From the IMG/VR virus record IMGVR_UViG_3300020596_000020, positions 1 through 64,000 of that record: a DNA stretch of 64,000 nucleotides; one strand, given 5' to 3'. The position numbers and the translations under genes are program-made. Under the pieces are notes generated by a model, which saw nothing but the letters and a program-made list of their open reading frames with translations, made no database searches and had not been told where the DNA came from. Origin of the DNA: a virus. Shown in pieces: positions 38,194-46,304 of this stretch (within the stretch, counting starts at the first letter, position 1; every line of letters starts with the position of its first letter).

Positions 38194-38754
38194 TCATACA
38201 TCCTCGAGACACGGGTGGTGCGCGCGACAACGAGGCTCGTAACTCTCCTTTCCACCAATGACGATGTCACCCACGACGTCGTCAATCTTGCGATAAGTGT
38301 AGAAGGCGTCGCGACCGCATACCGAGCACGCACTGGGGCACTTAACCACCTTTGTGGCCCATGGCAGGATCCTGGAGACCTCGTCGAACGGCTTGCAGGC
38401 GTACGACAAGTCTAGAGTCGCAACGACCACGTCAACACCGCGATTGTAGAACCAAACCAGCGTGTCGGCCACGTTATCAAGCATGAAGAGTTCGTCGACG
38501 ACGATGAGACTGTTGTTGAAGTCCTTCGCGTTGTCAAGCATGTACGTCTCGATATCACGGCCGGACTTGACACATACGGCCGGGATGGACCAACCCATGT
38601 GCGTCACGATGTTCTCGGATGAGTAGCGGTTGTCGACCGTCGGTTTGAAGGCGTGAACCTCACGACCGGCGTGACGATGCTTTTCGACCTCAAGCAGCAT
38701 CCTACTTGTCTTGCCGCCCCACATCGGTCCGCAATAAACGGTCAAATTGTTCAT
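38194..38754 (-). CDS. tdk: Thymidine kinase
   Basis: GPMWGGKT, D.RY, VDE, CSVC, IGG..YEPRCR.H. Confidence 0.95.
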   Translation of the reverse strand: MNNLTVYCGPMWGGKTSRMLLEVEKHRHAGREVHAFKPTVDNRYSSENIVTHMGWSIPAVCVKSGRDIETYMLDNAKDFNNSLIVVDELFMLDNVADTLVWFYNRGVDVVVATLDLSYACKPFDEVSRILPWATKVVKCPSACSVCGRDAFYTYRKIDDVVGDIVIGGKESYEPRCRAHHPCLEDV

Positions 38755-38984
38755 TCCACTTTCGATCTTAGCCGCTCAGCGATGTTTATCGCGTAGGCAG
38801 CCATGTAGCCGTTGGTGTACTCAAAGCCGTCGGCTTTTTCAAGCTGTTTCATGATGAGCTCGATGTCGCCGCCGACCACGTGATCACGTAACAACAGATA
38901 TAGGAAAGCAACGAGCTTGTCGTCGCTCACCACATTGTCGGACCGGTTCTTGAGCCCCGCGTTCACTTCGTCACCAATCGACAA
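38751..38984 (-). CDS. Hypothetical protein
   Basis: 77 aa, FLYLLLRDH, YTNGY. Confidence 0.6.
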   Translation of the reverse strand: MSIGDEVNAGLKNRSDNVVSDDKLVAFLYLLLRDHVVGGDIELIMKQLEKADGFEYTNGYMAAYAINIAERLRSKVE

Positions 38985-39766
38985 CGATCAGGCAGGCTCC
39001 GCACGCTCTTCGCGCCGGCTGAACAGCACAACTCGAGCAGATTCTCGCGCATAGCGTCCGCGATGGACTTGACGATGAAGTCGAGATCTTCATCTGCGGC
39101 GAACGGGCCGCCAAAGTGGACGAGCGCCGCGTCAGCCCCAGCGACAAGCGCCTTGCAGACGTCGGTCGTGCTGCTCGCCGTCGAGATGACAGGCACGTCG
39201 ATCGCACGTGAGATCGACTCGATGAGTGTGATGCGTGGAACTGAGATCCCGATCGACTCGAGCCGAATGGTGGTCGCTGCCTGCGTCGGCCCAACGAGGA
39301 TGGCGGCAGCCACCTGTAGTTCGTTCGCGAGCGCGAGCGCGTGACGCGTTGACAGCGAGCAGCCAATCACCAGCGCCTGCGCGTCGTCGGTGAGTGTGCG
39401 GATGTCGGCCATGCTGTCGGCGCGAAGCGGGTCGAAACGCTCGAACAGCTTGTAACCGAGCATTTCGACCTTGACGTTCTTATCGTTCGTGACCAGCTCA
39501 TCCTCGGTCGACGACATGTTCGCGAGCGGGATCTGCGAGGCAGGCGCGCCGGCGGTAATGAGACCGTACTTGCGACAGACTTCCTCCATCTTTGAGATGC
39601 CTTCCGGGTCGTCGTAGTAAACGATCAATGGAAGCGTCGAGTGAAGCGTCCCCAATATGAAAGAGAGATCTGGATCGGTGACCTCTTGCTCGTACGAAAC
39701 GTACTTCTCGTCGATGAAGACATTCACATCTTCGTAGTCGTACTTGTTGTTTTCGCGGTGATTCAT
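38963..39766 (-). CDS. Degenerate IMPDH/GMP-reductase-like TIM barrel
   Basis: YEDV, TTIR..IG..VP.IT, VPVI, DVCKALVAGADA, AGAKS; catalytic Cys loop and phosphate motif missing. Confidence 0.5.
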   Translation of the reverse strand: MNHRENNKYDYEDVNVFIDEKYVSYEQEVTDPDLSFILGTLHSTLPLIVYYDDPEGISKMEEVCRKYGLITAGAPASQIPLANMSSTEDELVTNDKNVKVEMLGYKLFERFDPLRADSMADIRTLTDDAQALVIGCSLSTRHALALANELQVAAAILVGPTQAATTIRLESIGISVPRITLIESISRAIDVPVISTASSTTDVCKALVAGADAALVHFGGPFAADEDLDFIVKSIADAMRENLLELCCSAGAKSVRSLPDRCRLVTK

Positions 39767-40011
39767 TCTTTCCCTCTGTCTTTCGTGATGCAAGAACACT
39801 TCACGTACCCAAGGCCTTGTTCAAAGGTTCCGAGTGATGTTACGGCGTCGACACATTGCGTCTCGCAGGCGTCGAAGTTGACACGCTTGTTGGCTTCGTA
39901 ACCGGTGTCGCAGCTAGCGAACACGAGAAACAACATAAACAGTATCACCATACCCATGAGAACGATGAAGACCGTGCCAAGGATCCGTTGCACGCTCTCC
40001 CAAAACTTCAT
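39763..40011 (-). CDS. Small membrane protein, Cys-rich
   Basis: N-terminal TM, C..QC, CSC. Confidence 0.5.
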   Translation of the reverse strand: MKFWESVQRILGTVFIVLMGMVILFMLFLVFASCDTGYEANKRVNFDACETQCVDAVTSLGTFEQGLGYVKCSCITKDRGKE

Positions 40012-41009
40012 CGCGTCAACTCCTTGAAGCACGCAATGGACAGGCCTTCGCGGAACCATGTTTCAAGATCTGTCATTCCCAACTTCTTGGCACGATGAGC
40101 GAGCAGAATGTGCACCCAGTCTGTCCACAACACATCACTGAGCATGCGCGCCGCGCTGCCGATCTTCACGAGCTCGTCAGAGGTAGTCGCCGCTCGACCT
40201 TGCGCCTCGAAGATCATCATTTCCTCGATCGGGGGAGGGCCAGGCAATCGAGGCATTGCGTGACGCATCTGTGTCTTGCCGCTCGCGTTGGACAGGATGT
40301 CCTCACACATCTTGTAATGACGATCGTACACATGCATTGAATTGCTGGTATGATAGTAGAAGCCGAGCTCGAGACCAAGCTCCATCGCCATCATCTCCTG
40401 CATAAAGGTAAAGGCGGGGACGTCGAGCGCCGTGCCAAGGATGAGGTCGTTTGAGCGCATCTGAACGATGAGATGCAGCTTCTCATCACGGATGAAAAAT
40501 TGCAAATTGAGCGTGCATGGCATGTCCTTCACAGCCAACATACTATCCTGCGGCTGACGGATATGAATAACGCCGCGACGCGAGTCACGATCGCGAGTGA
40601 GCTCGTCCTTGACGTATTGCCACTGGTTCCAGCTGATGAGCGTGTCTGCCGAAGTCCACGCGTCATGATACTCATGCTGCTTGAAGATGCGCGCACCGTA
40701 CGCCGAGTTGGCGGTCTTGCCATCGTCGCTAATCGCCTCCCAAAACTTGCTATACGTCGAAATCCAAGCAGTTTCGTTGTTGCCCGAGATGTACCACAGG
40801 ATCTCAGCCATAACGTAATCGAGCGGGAAGTTCCGCTCAGGCACGTAGAGTAGTCTGTCACGCGGGTTCGTAATGACGAACGAGGTAAAGAGATTCTCGC
40901 GGATCTTCATGCCGCGAGGCGCCGTCTCATAGTCGTACCCCTCGTACGTCCCCTGAACTAGAGCGTAGTAGGCGTCGGTGAAACTCTCAAAAACCATCAT
41001 CTGTTGCAT
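40008..41009 (-). CDS. Thymidylate synthase-family enzyme of dCMP (hydroxy)methylase type
   Basis: AEILWY, AYG.R, DSRR, DMPC, MRSNDLILGTALD (Asp at the E. coli ThyA N177 position), SMHVY. Confidence 0.85.
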   Translation of the reverse strand: MQQMMVFESFTDAYYALVQGTYEGYDYETAPRGMKIRENLFTSFVITNPRDRLLYVPERNFPLDYVMAEILWYISGNNETAWISTYSKFWEAISDDGKTANSAYGARIFKQHEYHDAWTSADTLISWNQWQYVKDELTRDRDSRRGVIHIRQPQDSMLAVKDMPCTLNLQFFIRDEKLHLIVQMRSNDLILGTALDVPAFTFMQEMMAMELGLELGFYYHTSNSMHVYDRHYKMCEDILSNASGKTQMRHAMPRLPGPPPIEEMMIFEAQGRAATTSDELVKIGSAARMLSDVLWTDWVHILLAHRAKKLGMTDLETWFREGLSIACFKELTR

Positions 41010-41167
41010 GTTCGTGGTGACCTTAGTAGTCTTGAGGGCCAGAGCGTTGACTTAATGTCAGCAGCTCTTCTCACACAGCTCGTCAAGCAGCGCGCGTGTC
41101 GCTCTCATCGAGCTCGGCGGTCTCTGCTACATTCTCTTCATAATCCGCTTCCATCTGATAAACTTTA

Positions 41168-41536
41168 TCAAAGAACTTCGTCAACCTTGGCGTCAATGTT
41201 CGACAGATCACTCGAACACACCGTCGAGTTCTCGATGTAGTCTGAAGGGTTCGACTTCGTGGTTCTCATGATGCGCTCGCCTCCGAACGCTATTTCTTCA
41301 AGTTGTTCTTGTGTCATCGGAATGATGATGTCGCCAACAGCAACGTAAGGGGTTTTACAAGCGTCGAGGTTCGCGAGCATCATTGCGAGGATCGTTGATC
41401 GGAGCAGATCGACGGAATCGCAACGATTGATACTGTTGGTGTCATGCAGCCACGTGTACAACTCTAAGAGTCCTTTAGAGCTGAGCTGCAATTGAAGTTG
41501 ATGAAACTTCTGAGTCTTGTCAGGACAATTGATCAT
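41168..41536 (-). CDS. Hypothetical protein
   Basis: 122 aa; TAAGAT 6 nt upstream. Confidence 0.55.
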   Translation of the reverse strand: MINCPDKTQKFHQLQLQLSSKGLLELYTWLHDTNSINRCDSVDLLRSTILAMMLANLDACKTPYVAVGDIIIPMTQEQLEEIAFGGERIMRTTKSNPSDYIENSTVCSSDLSNIDAKVDEVL

Positions 41537-41553
41537 GCGTCAATCTTAGATCT

Positions 41554-41763
41554 CTACGTGTCGATCAGTAACTCCCAACCGTCGATGCAACCGACTGTGA
41601 GAGGACACCTGAAGTACAGACCCTTGTTCAGGTCGAACCACTCCCAATTCTGGCAGTAATCCTTCCCCAGATGCAAGGACTTCCCCAGATGCAATTTCTT
41701 GATGAGATACACGAGGTCGTCGTGATACCACGACCAAACCTGACCTGCTTTGGGAGGAGTCAT
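41554..41763 (-). CDS. Hypothetical small protein with 18-nt internal duplication
   Basis: KAGQVWSW start; LHLGKS-LHLGK. Confidence 0.5.
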   Translation of the reverse strand: MTPPKAGQVWSWYHDDLVYLIKKLHLGKSLHLGKDYCQNWEWFDLNKGLYFRCPLTVGCIDGWELLIDT

Positions 41764-41978
41764 GCGACCTTCTTCCAGTAAACAGCGATGGACACACCAC
41801 GATGGAACAGATCGTCCCTCTGAATGGTGAGATGACCCCTCTGAAGGGAAAACCTCTCGGATGTGATCTCGAAGTACTCATAGATCGAGTGTCCAGGTAT
41901 GAGCGAGCGTTGAAGACTGACTATCCAAAAGAGGCGATCTTCGGCTTCCCACAGGTCACCAATCTTCACAATGTTCAA
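41760..41978 (-). CDS. Hypothetical small protein
   Basis: VKIGDLWE start. Confidence 0.5.
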   Translation of the reverse strand: MNIVKIGDLWEAEDRLFWIVSLQRSLIPGHSIYEYFEITSERFSLQRGHLTIQRDDLFHRGVSIAVYWKKVA

Positions 41979-42910
41979 AACAACGGCGACTCGAGTGCCC
42001 AGAGACGTGTCTCCTCAAGCCCAGGCCAGAAGTCGGTAAGCGGCTTGTAGCCGAGCACTCTCTGACAGGCCGAGATGTCCGCCTGGGTCGCACGCACGTC
42101 GCCGGCGCGCCAGTCGGCATGCTTGACACGTGACTGGATCTCAGGGTGTTTGGAGGCGAAGTGCTTGAGAATCTGCTTATTACTGACGCTCCCACCGGTG
42201 CCAGCGTTGAAGGCTTCGCCACGAAGACGACCTTGGTGAGCGGCCACTCGCACGAAGATGTCCACGACGTTGTCCACATGCGTCATGTCACGTGTCTGTG
42301 AGCCGTCTCCGTCGCTTCGAAGCTCTCCGTCATGCTTGATTGCGTGCAGCCATGACGAGACGACCGTCCCGTACGCGCCATTAGCAAGCTGACGCGGGCC
42401 GAAAACATTAAAGGGACGAACGCACGCAGTGTCCATGTCGTACAGATCCGCGAACATGACACAGTAGTCCTCGCCGATCATCTTCTGAAGAGCGTAGGGC
42501 GACTTCGGGTCGCGAGGCGCGCTCTCCTTAGTAGGAAGCTGCTGCGCGCCGCCGTAGACTGAGCTAGACGACGTGAAGACGAACCTTCCGACCACACCGC
42601 GGCACGCTTCCAATAGTTTCACGGTGTTGCCGACGTTCTCGTCGTTCGTCTCAGCCGGGTGCTCCACCGAGTAGGACACACGAGGACGTGCTGCGAGGTG
42701 GAACACGGTGTCAAACTGTGACTGCTTGATGAAGCGAAGCACGCTCGGATCGGCGTAGTTGCTGTACAGCGGGACCGCTCCAGTCGGAACGAACTCGACG
42801 CGACCGTTCGAAAGATCATCGACCACCACAACCTGGTGGCCCTCTTTGACGAGGCGTTCAGCGAGGTGAGAACCGATGAAGCCCGCGCCGCCCGTTACCA
42901 AAGTTTTCAT
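41975..42910 (-). CDS. NDP-sugar 4-epimerase (extended SDR, WbpP/TviC-like)
   Basis: TGGAGFIG, HLAA, SSSSVYG, PYALQK, FNVFGPRQ, GDGSQTRD. Confidence 0.9.
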   Translation of the reverse strand: MKTLVTGGAGFIGSHLAERLVKEGHQVVVVDDLSNGRVEFVPTGAVPLYSNYADPSVLRFIKQSQFDTVFHLAARPRVSYSVEHPAETNDENVGNTVKLLEACRGVVGRFVFTSSSSVYGGAQQLPTKESAPRDPKSPYALQKMIGEDYCVMFADLYDMDTACVRPFNVFGPRQLANGAYGTVVSSWLHAIKHDGELRSDGDGSQTRDMTHVDNVVDIFVRVAAHQGRLRGEAFNAGTGGSVSNKQILKHFASKHPEIQSRVKHADWRAGDVRATQADISACQRVLGYKPLTDFWPGLEETRLWALESPLF

Positions 42911-42924
42911 GTTACCACCTTACG

Positions 42925-43137
42925 TCACTCCAGCGGCACCGTGAAGTTGAAGAAATCGTCGTGACACAAAGTATATCTGAGCCCGGTCTCAGGGCAGAAG
43001 ATCTTCGCGTACAACCAGTTGCAGTACATCACAAGTAAGGTGCCGTCGTCAAGCCAGATCTTGCTGTACTCTTCCTCACACCATGCGTCAACACCGCCTC
43101 CGCAGACGACGTATGCCGTGCCAAGTTCGTTTCTCAC
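42925..43137 (-). CDS. Hypothetical small protein
   Basis: 70 aa, coupled. Confidence 0.45.
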   Translation of the reverse strand: MRNELGTAYVVCGGGVDAWCEEEYSKIWLDDGTLLVMYCNWLYAKIFCPETGLRYTLCHDDFFNFTVPLE

Positions 43138-43334
43138 GGCTCGTATCGAGTCAAGTAGATCGATCCAGTGGTCGGCATCGTCAACCCGCCCTCATCGTTG
43201 TCCCACGTGTACGTCATCATATTGCCGTGAACGAGGTTGAGCAGCTCCCACATGCAAGGAACGGCGTCATTTTTCCTTGTTCCGACGACGAGATACAGCG
43301 AACGGCCGTAGTGGTGCCAGAGTGTACCGATCAT
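43134..43334 (-). CDS. Hypothetical small protein
   Basis: MIGTLWHH start by ATGA overlap. Confidence 0.5.
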   Translation of the reverse strand: MIGTLWHHYGRSLYLVVGTRKNDAVPCMWELLNLVHGNMMTYTWDNDEGGLTMPTTGSIYLTRYEP

Positions 43335-44992
43335 ACCATCGCGTCCAAAATGTACTGAGGAAGGATGTGCTTGTTCTTGCGTAGGAACGCTTCGAAGCAA
43401 CCGTCAAGCACATATGTCACTGCCCAATCTTTTTCGTTGCGTACGCTACGACCAACAGCTTGAACGAAAGATCTCGTTGTCAAATAGTCGTAGTACCAAG
43501 GATCACGATCACAGCGTTTCTTTAAGCTTTTGTCACCCAAATTTGGATAGGGAAGTTTCGCGACGATCTGAAATCTGGATAGATCATCATCAAGCGAGAT
43601 TCCCTCGGTCATGGAGGGGGAGACAAGGACTGTTGGTTCAGGACTGTCGTGATGGCGACGTAGCACCGCATCGCGGTCCTCGCTCCCATGTACAAGAAGG
43701 CGGGGATCACGAAGACTGTCACGTAGATGATGAGCAACCCTAAAATTCGTTGTGTGGATGATGCCCTTTTGATCACTGTGAGCCTCTAGCAAGGCCTTCA
43801 CGGCTTGCACTAGTCGAGGGAGCGTGTCGTCGACGTCACGCATCGACATCTTGCCAACGGGCATGTAATGAATGGCGCGGTTTTCGACGGGAAACGTGGA
43901 TGGTAGCGCGATGTACTCGGTCTTATCGAGGTCGAGGCCGAGCGAACGACAGAACGACGTCTTGTCGAGGATGGTGGCGCTCATGAGCAGTCGTTTCTCG
44001 CCGAACCTCAACAGATACGGCTCCGCCCAGACTGATGCGTCAATGGGCTTGAACTGCAGCGTCATACGGTCGCCTCGATGATCCTTGCGAATCTCGCGGT
44101 TGATGATCCATTCCTCAGGTTTGAACCGATCGATGAAGCGGTTGACCTTGCAGATGTGCTTGTCGAACAGATCGTTTTGTTTGATGAGCTGCTGGAACAT
44201 CTCGTCGCCGCCGACGCCGCGATTGTCAGCGAACATTCCAAGCGCGCTTTTCACTTGGTCAAACATCTGGGCAAGCGCCGGCCGATACGTCTCCTTGATC
44301 CAGCGATAGAGGTACTCGGGATCCTCACCTTTTGCCATCGTCATGCCGAGATGCTTCTTGCAGAAGCGGTCCGTGACCTCGACCTCGACGAACTTGCAAA
44401 CCTCGGACTCGATGTTATGAGCTTCGTCACCAACGAGTAAGTCTCGCGGCTCGAGTTTGCCAGCATAGGTTGTCTCGGCCATGAAGTACGAGTAGTTCGT
44501 GATGCCGAGGTGACCTTGAATGAACGAACGCTTCGCAATGTTGTATGAACAGTTCGATGAACAATGTTTCTTCCAATTTGTGCCGTCAGCTGACTTTCCG
44601 AGAGCTGTCAGGGCTCGTTTGGATTCACCACAACTCTGTCGCTCGTCGTAGCCGCATTGGTAGTTCGTCGCGCTCTTCAACTCGAGCATCCCACCTCGAC
44701 GCTTCTCCTCGAAGTCACGCAAGTACTGCTGCTGCAGGATCTTCTGCGTCGTGAGGAAGTACGCCCCGATGTTGTACTCGTCCTCTGAATTTTGGCTGCG
44801 GATCTGGCTGTTCAGGTATCGTGCGACTGTCATACCGATAGCGGACTTGCCGACACCAGTCGGAGCGTCAACACAAACAGTGTTCTTCCCCTTCGCGAAG
44901 GCCTCGAGGATCGTGTCGATAGCCTTGATCTGGCCTTCACGAGGCTCGGAGTCGAGAGGGAAGTACTCACGCCAGTTCGTCATCAGTAGCAA
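43331..44992 (-). CDS. DinG/XPD-family SF2 helicase
   Basis: Q motif REGQ, APTGVGKS, Cys cluster, DEAH, MSAT, EGI, QAVGRSVR. Confidence 0.92.
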   Translation of the reverse strand: MLLMTNWREYFPLDSEPREGQIKAIDTILEAFAKGKNTVCVDAPTGVGKSAIGMTVARYLNSQIRSQNSEDEYNIGAYFLTTQKILQQQYLRDFEEKRRGGMLELKSATNYQCGYDERQSCGESKRALTALGKSADGTNWKKHCSSNCSYNIAKRSFIQGHLGITNYSYFMAETTYAGKLEPRDLLVGDEAHNIESEVCKFVEVEVTDRFCKKHLGMTMAKGEDPEYLYRWIKETYRPALAQMFDQVKSALGMFADNRGVGGDEMFQQLIKQNDLFDKHICKVNRFIDRFKPEEWIINREIRKDHRGDRMTLQFKPIDASVWAEPYLLRFGEKRLLMSATILDKTSFCRSLGLDLDKTEYIALPSTFPVENRAIHYMPVGKMSMRDVDDTLPRLVQAVKALLEAHSDQKGIIHTTNFRVAHHLRDSLRDPRLLVHGSEDRDAVLRRHHDSPEPTVLVSPSMTEGISLDDDLSRFQIVAKLPYPNLGDKSLKKRCDRDPWYYDYLTTRSFVQAVGRSVRNEKDWAVTYVLDGCFEAFLRKNKHILPQYILDAMV

Positions 44993-45168
44993 CCTTTCCA
45001 GACATAGTCAACGATACCCTTCCAGGCGAGTTCGTCGATGAGCAATGGGATCGACTGCGTGTCCCAGTTCTCAACCCCGCAGTAACGTGCGAGACGACGA
45101 ACGGCGTCTTCAGGCGCCGTTCGAAGTTGAGTCTCGCGTAGTCCTATCCGTTTCAAGCCTTCTCCCAC
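44983..45168 (-). CDS. Hypothetical small protein
   Basis: 61 aa ORF. Confidence 0.45.
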   Translation of the reverse strand: MGEGLKRIGLRETQLRTAPEDAVRRLARYCGVENWDTQSIPLLIDELAWKGIVDYVWKGCY

Positions 45169-45318
45169 TCCTCCTCGATCATTGCGATGGTAGCATTCAT
45201 CTCGAGACCACGACTCTTAGAGATCTTACAAAACAAGCGAACGAAAACCCGAATCTTCATATCATTGAACAGTTTCATTGCTTCATCGTAACGCTCTATC
45301 TACCCAAAGACACTCTCT

Positions 45319-45609
45319 ATGAAATCAAATGATCAAGCTCTTCGAGTCATGATTCGCAACGTTCTGATCGAGTCAGAGTACACGAAGACCCCAGATGGTT
45401 CTTTCACGTTCTCGTTCCCTGTCCAGAACGACGAAGAGATCACGATCACGGCCACATACAACCCTCGTCGACCGTTCGAGGTCGAGTGCTGACAGGCGAT
45501 CGACACGTCCTCCGGCCTGGAGGTCGACATCGATGCCGTCGCTATGCAACACGACCTTGACTCGAAGGCGATGGATTGGATCGGCGATAACCTCGACGAA
45601 GAGAGCTGA
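45319..45609 (+). CDS. 96-codon ORF with one internal TGA (Cys-TGA): readthrough/selenoprotein candidate or nonsense pseudogene
   Basis: MKSNDQALRVMIRNVLIE...EVEC[TGA 45490]QAIDTSSGLE...LDEES*; ends 2 nt before next ATG; hairpin 3' of TGA. Confidence 0.55.
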
Positions 45610-45611
45610 GC

Positions 45612-46097
45612 ATGAACATCAAACTACTAAGAGAGTACGTCAAACGCGTGCTTGCCGAATCTGTCTGTCCGGGCTGCGGGAACAAGGATGCGTACATTGG
45701 AATAAACGCCGTCGAGTGCCCGAACGCCTCGTGTAGCTTCTTCTCGAAGAGACAACAAGACGACATTCAGGCGGTCGGGGCCGATGACGAGGACGGCGAT
45801 TACGAAGAGTGCGGCTGGTGTGATAACGACATCTCGGGGTGTGGTGGACATTGCGAGAAGTGCGGCGATGGCGACATCGACATGCTACAAGCGTTAGACG
45901 ATGAAGCCAACAAAGCGTTAGACGATGAAGCCAACAAAGTGAGTTACGAGCACTGTGGAATGTGCGGCTTGAAAGCGGTCGACCCTGACACACAGAAGTG
46001 CACAAATTGCAGCAACGGACACTTCCCGGACTGTGCGGGGTGCGGTGGAGCGGTTGACAACCCAACGGCTTGTCAAAACTGCGGCCACCCTAGCTGA
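45612..46097 (+). CDS. Multi-zinc-ribbon protein with N-terminal targeting helix
   Basis: KLLREYVKRVLAE; repeated CxxC pairs; 24-nt duplication (ALDDEANK)x2. Confidence 0.7.
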   Translation: MNIKLLREYVKRVLAESVCPGCGNKDAYIGINAVECPNASCSFFSKRQQDDIQAVGADDEDGDYEECGWCDNDISGCGGHCEKCGDGDIDMLQALDDEANKALDDEANKVSYEHCGMCGLKAVDPDTQKCTNCSNGHFPDCAGCGGAVDNPTACQNCGHPS

Positions 46098-46304
46098 TCA
46101 CGGGCGAACGATCTCCCACCCGAAATTTTCCCACTCGCTCAGGTCCCAGTCAAACTTTGAGATGGACCCGGCCGGCCGACGATCGTCTCCCGCGTCCTCG
46201 ATGACTAGCCCCCACTGGCCGTAGTCATCGATGATGACGAACGACGCTCGTGTAAACGCGAACACGAGGTCGGTGTAGAGGATAACCGTGCCCTTGAGAC
46301 TCAC
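46098..46304 (-). CDS. Hypothetical small protein
   Basis: 68 aa, GTGA overlap with DnaE stop. Confidence 0.45.
   Translation of the reverse strand: MSLKGTVILYTDLVFAFTRASFVIIDDYGQWGLVIEDAGDDRRPAGSISKFDWDLSEWENFGWEIVRP

Noticed and set aside
45889-45936. 24-nt duplication (and the 18-nt one near 41662-41694) as DGR repeats or insertion target sites
   Set aside because: They are simple adjacent in-frame duplications; no reverse transcriptase, transposase or adenine-specific variation is present.
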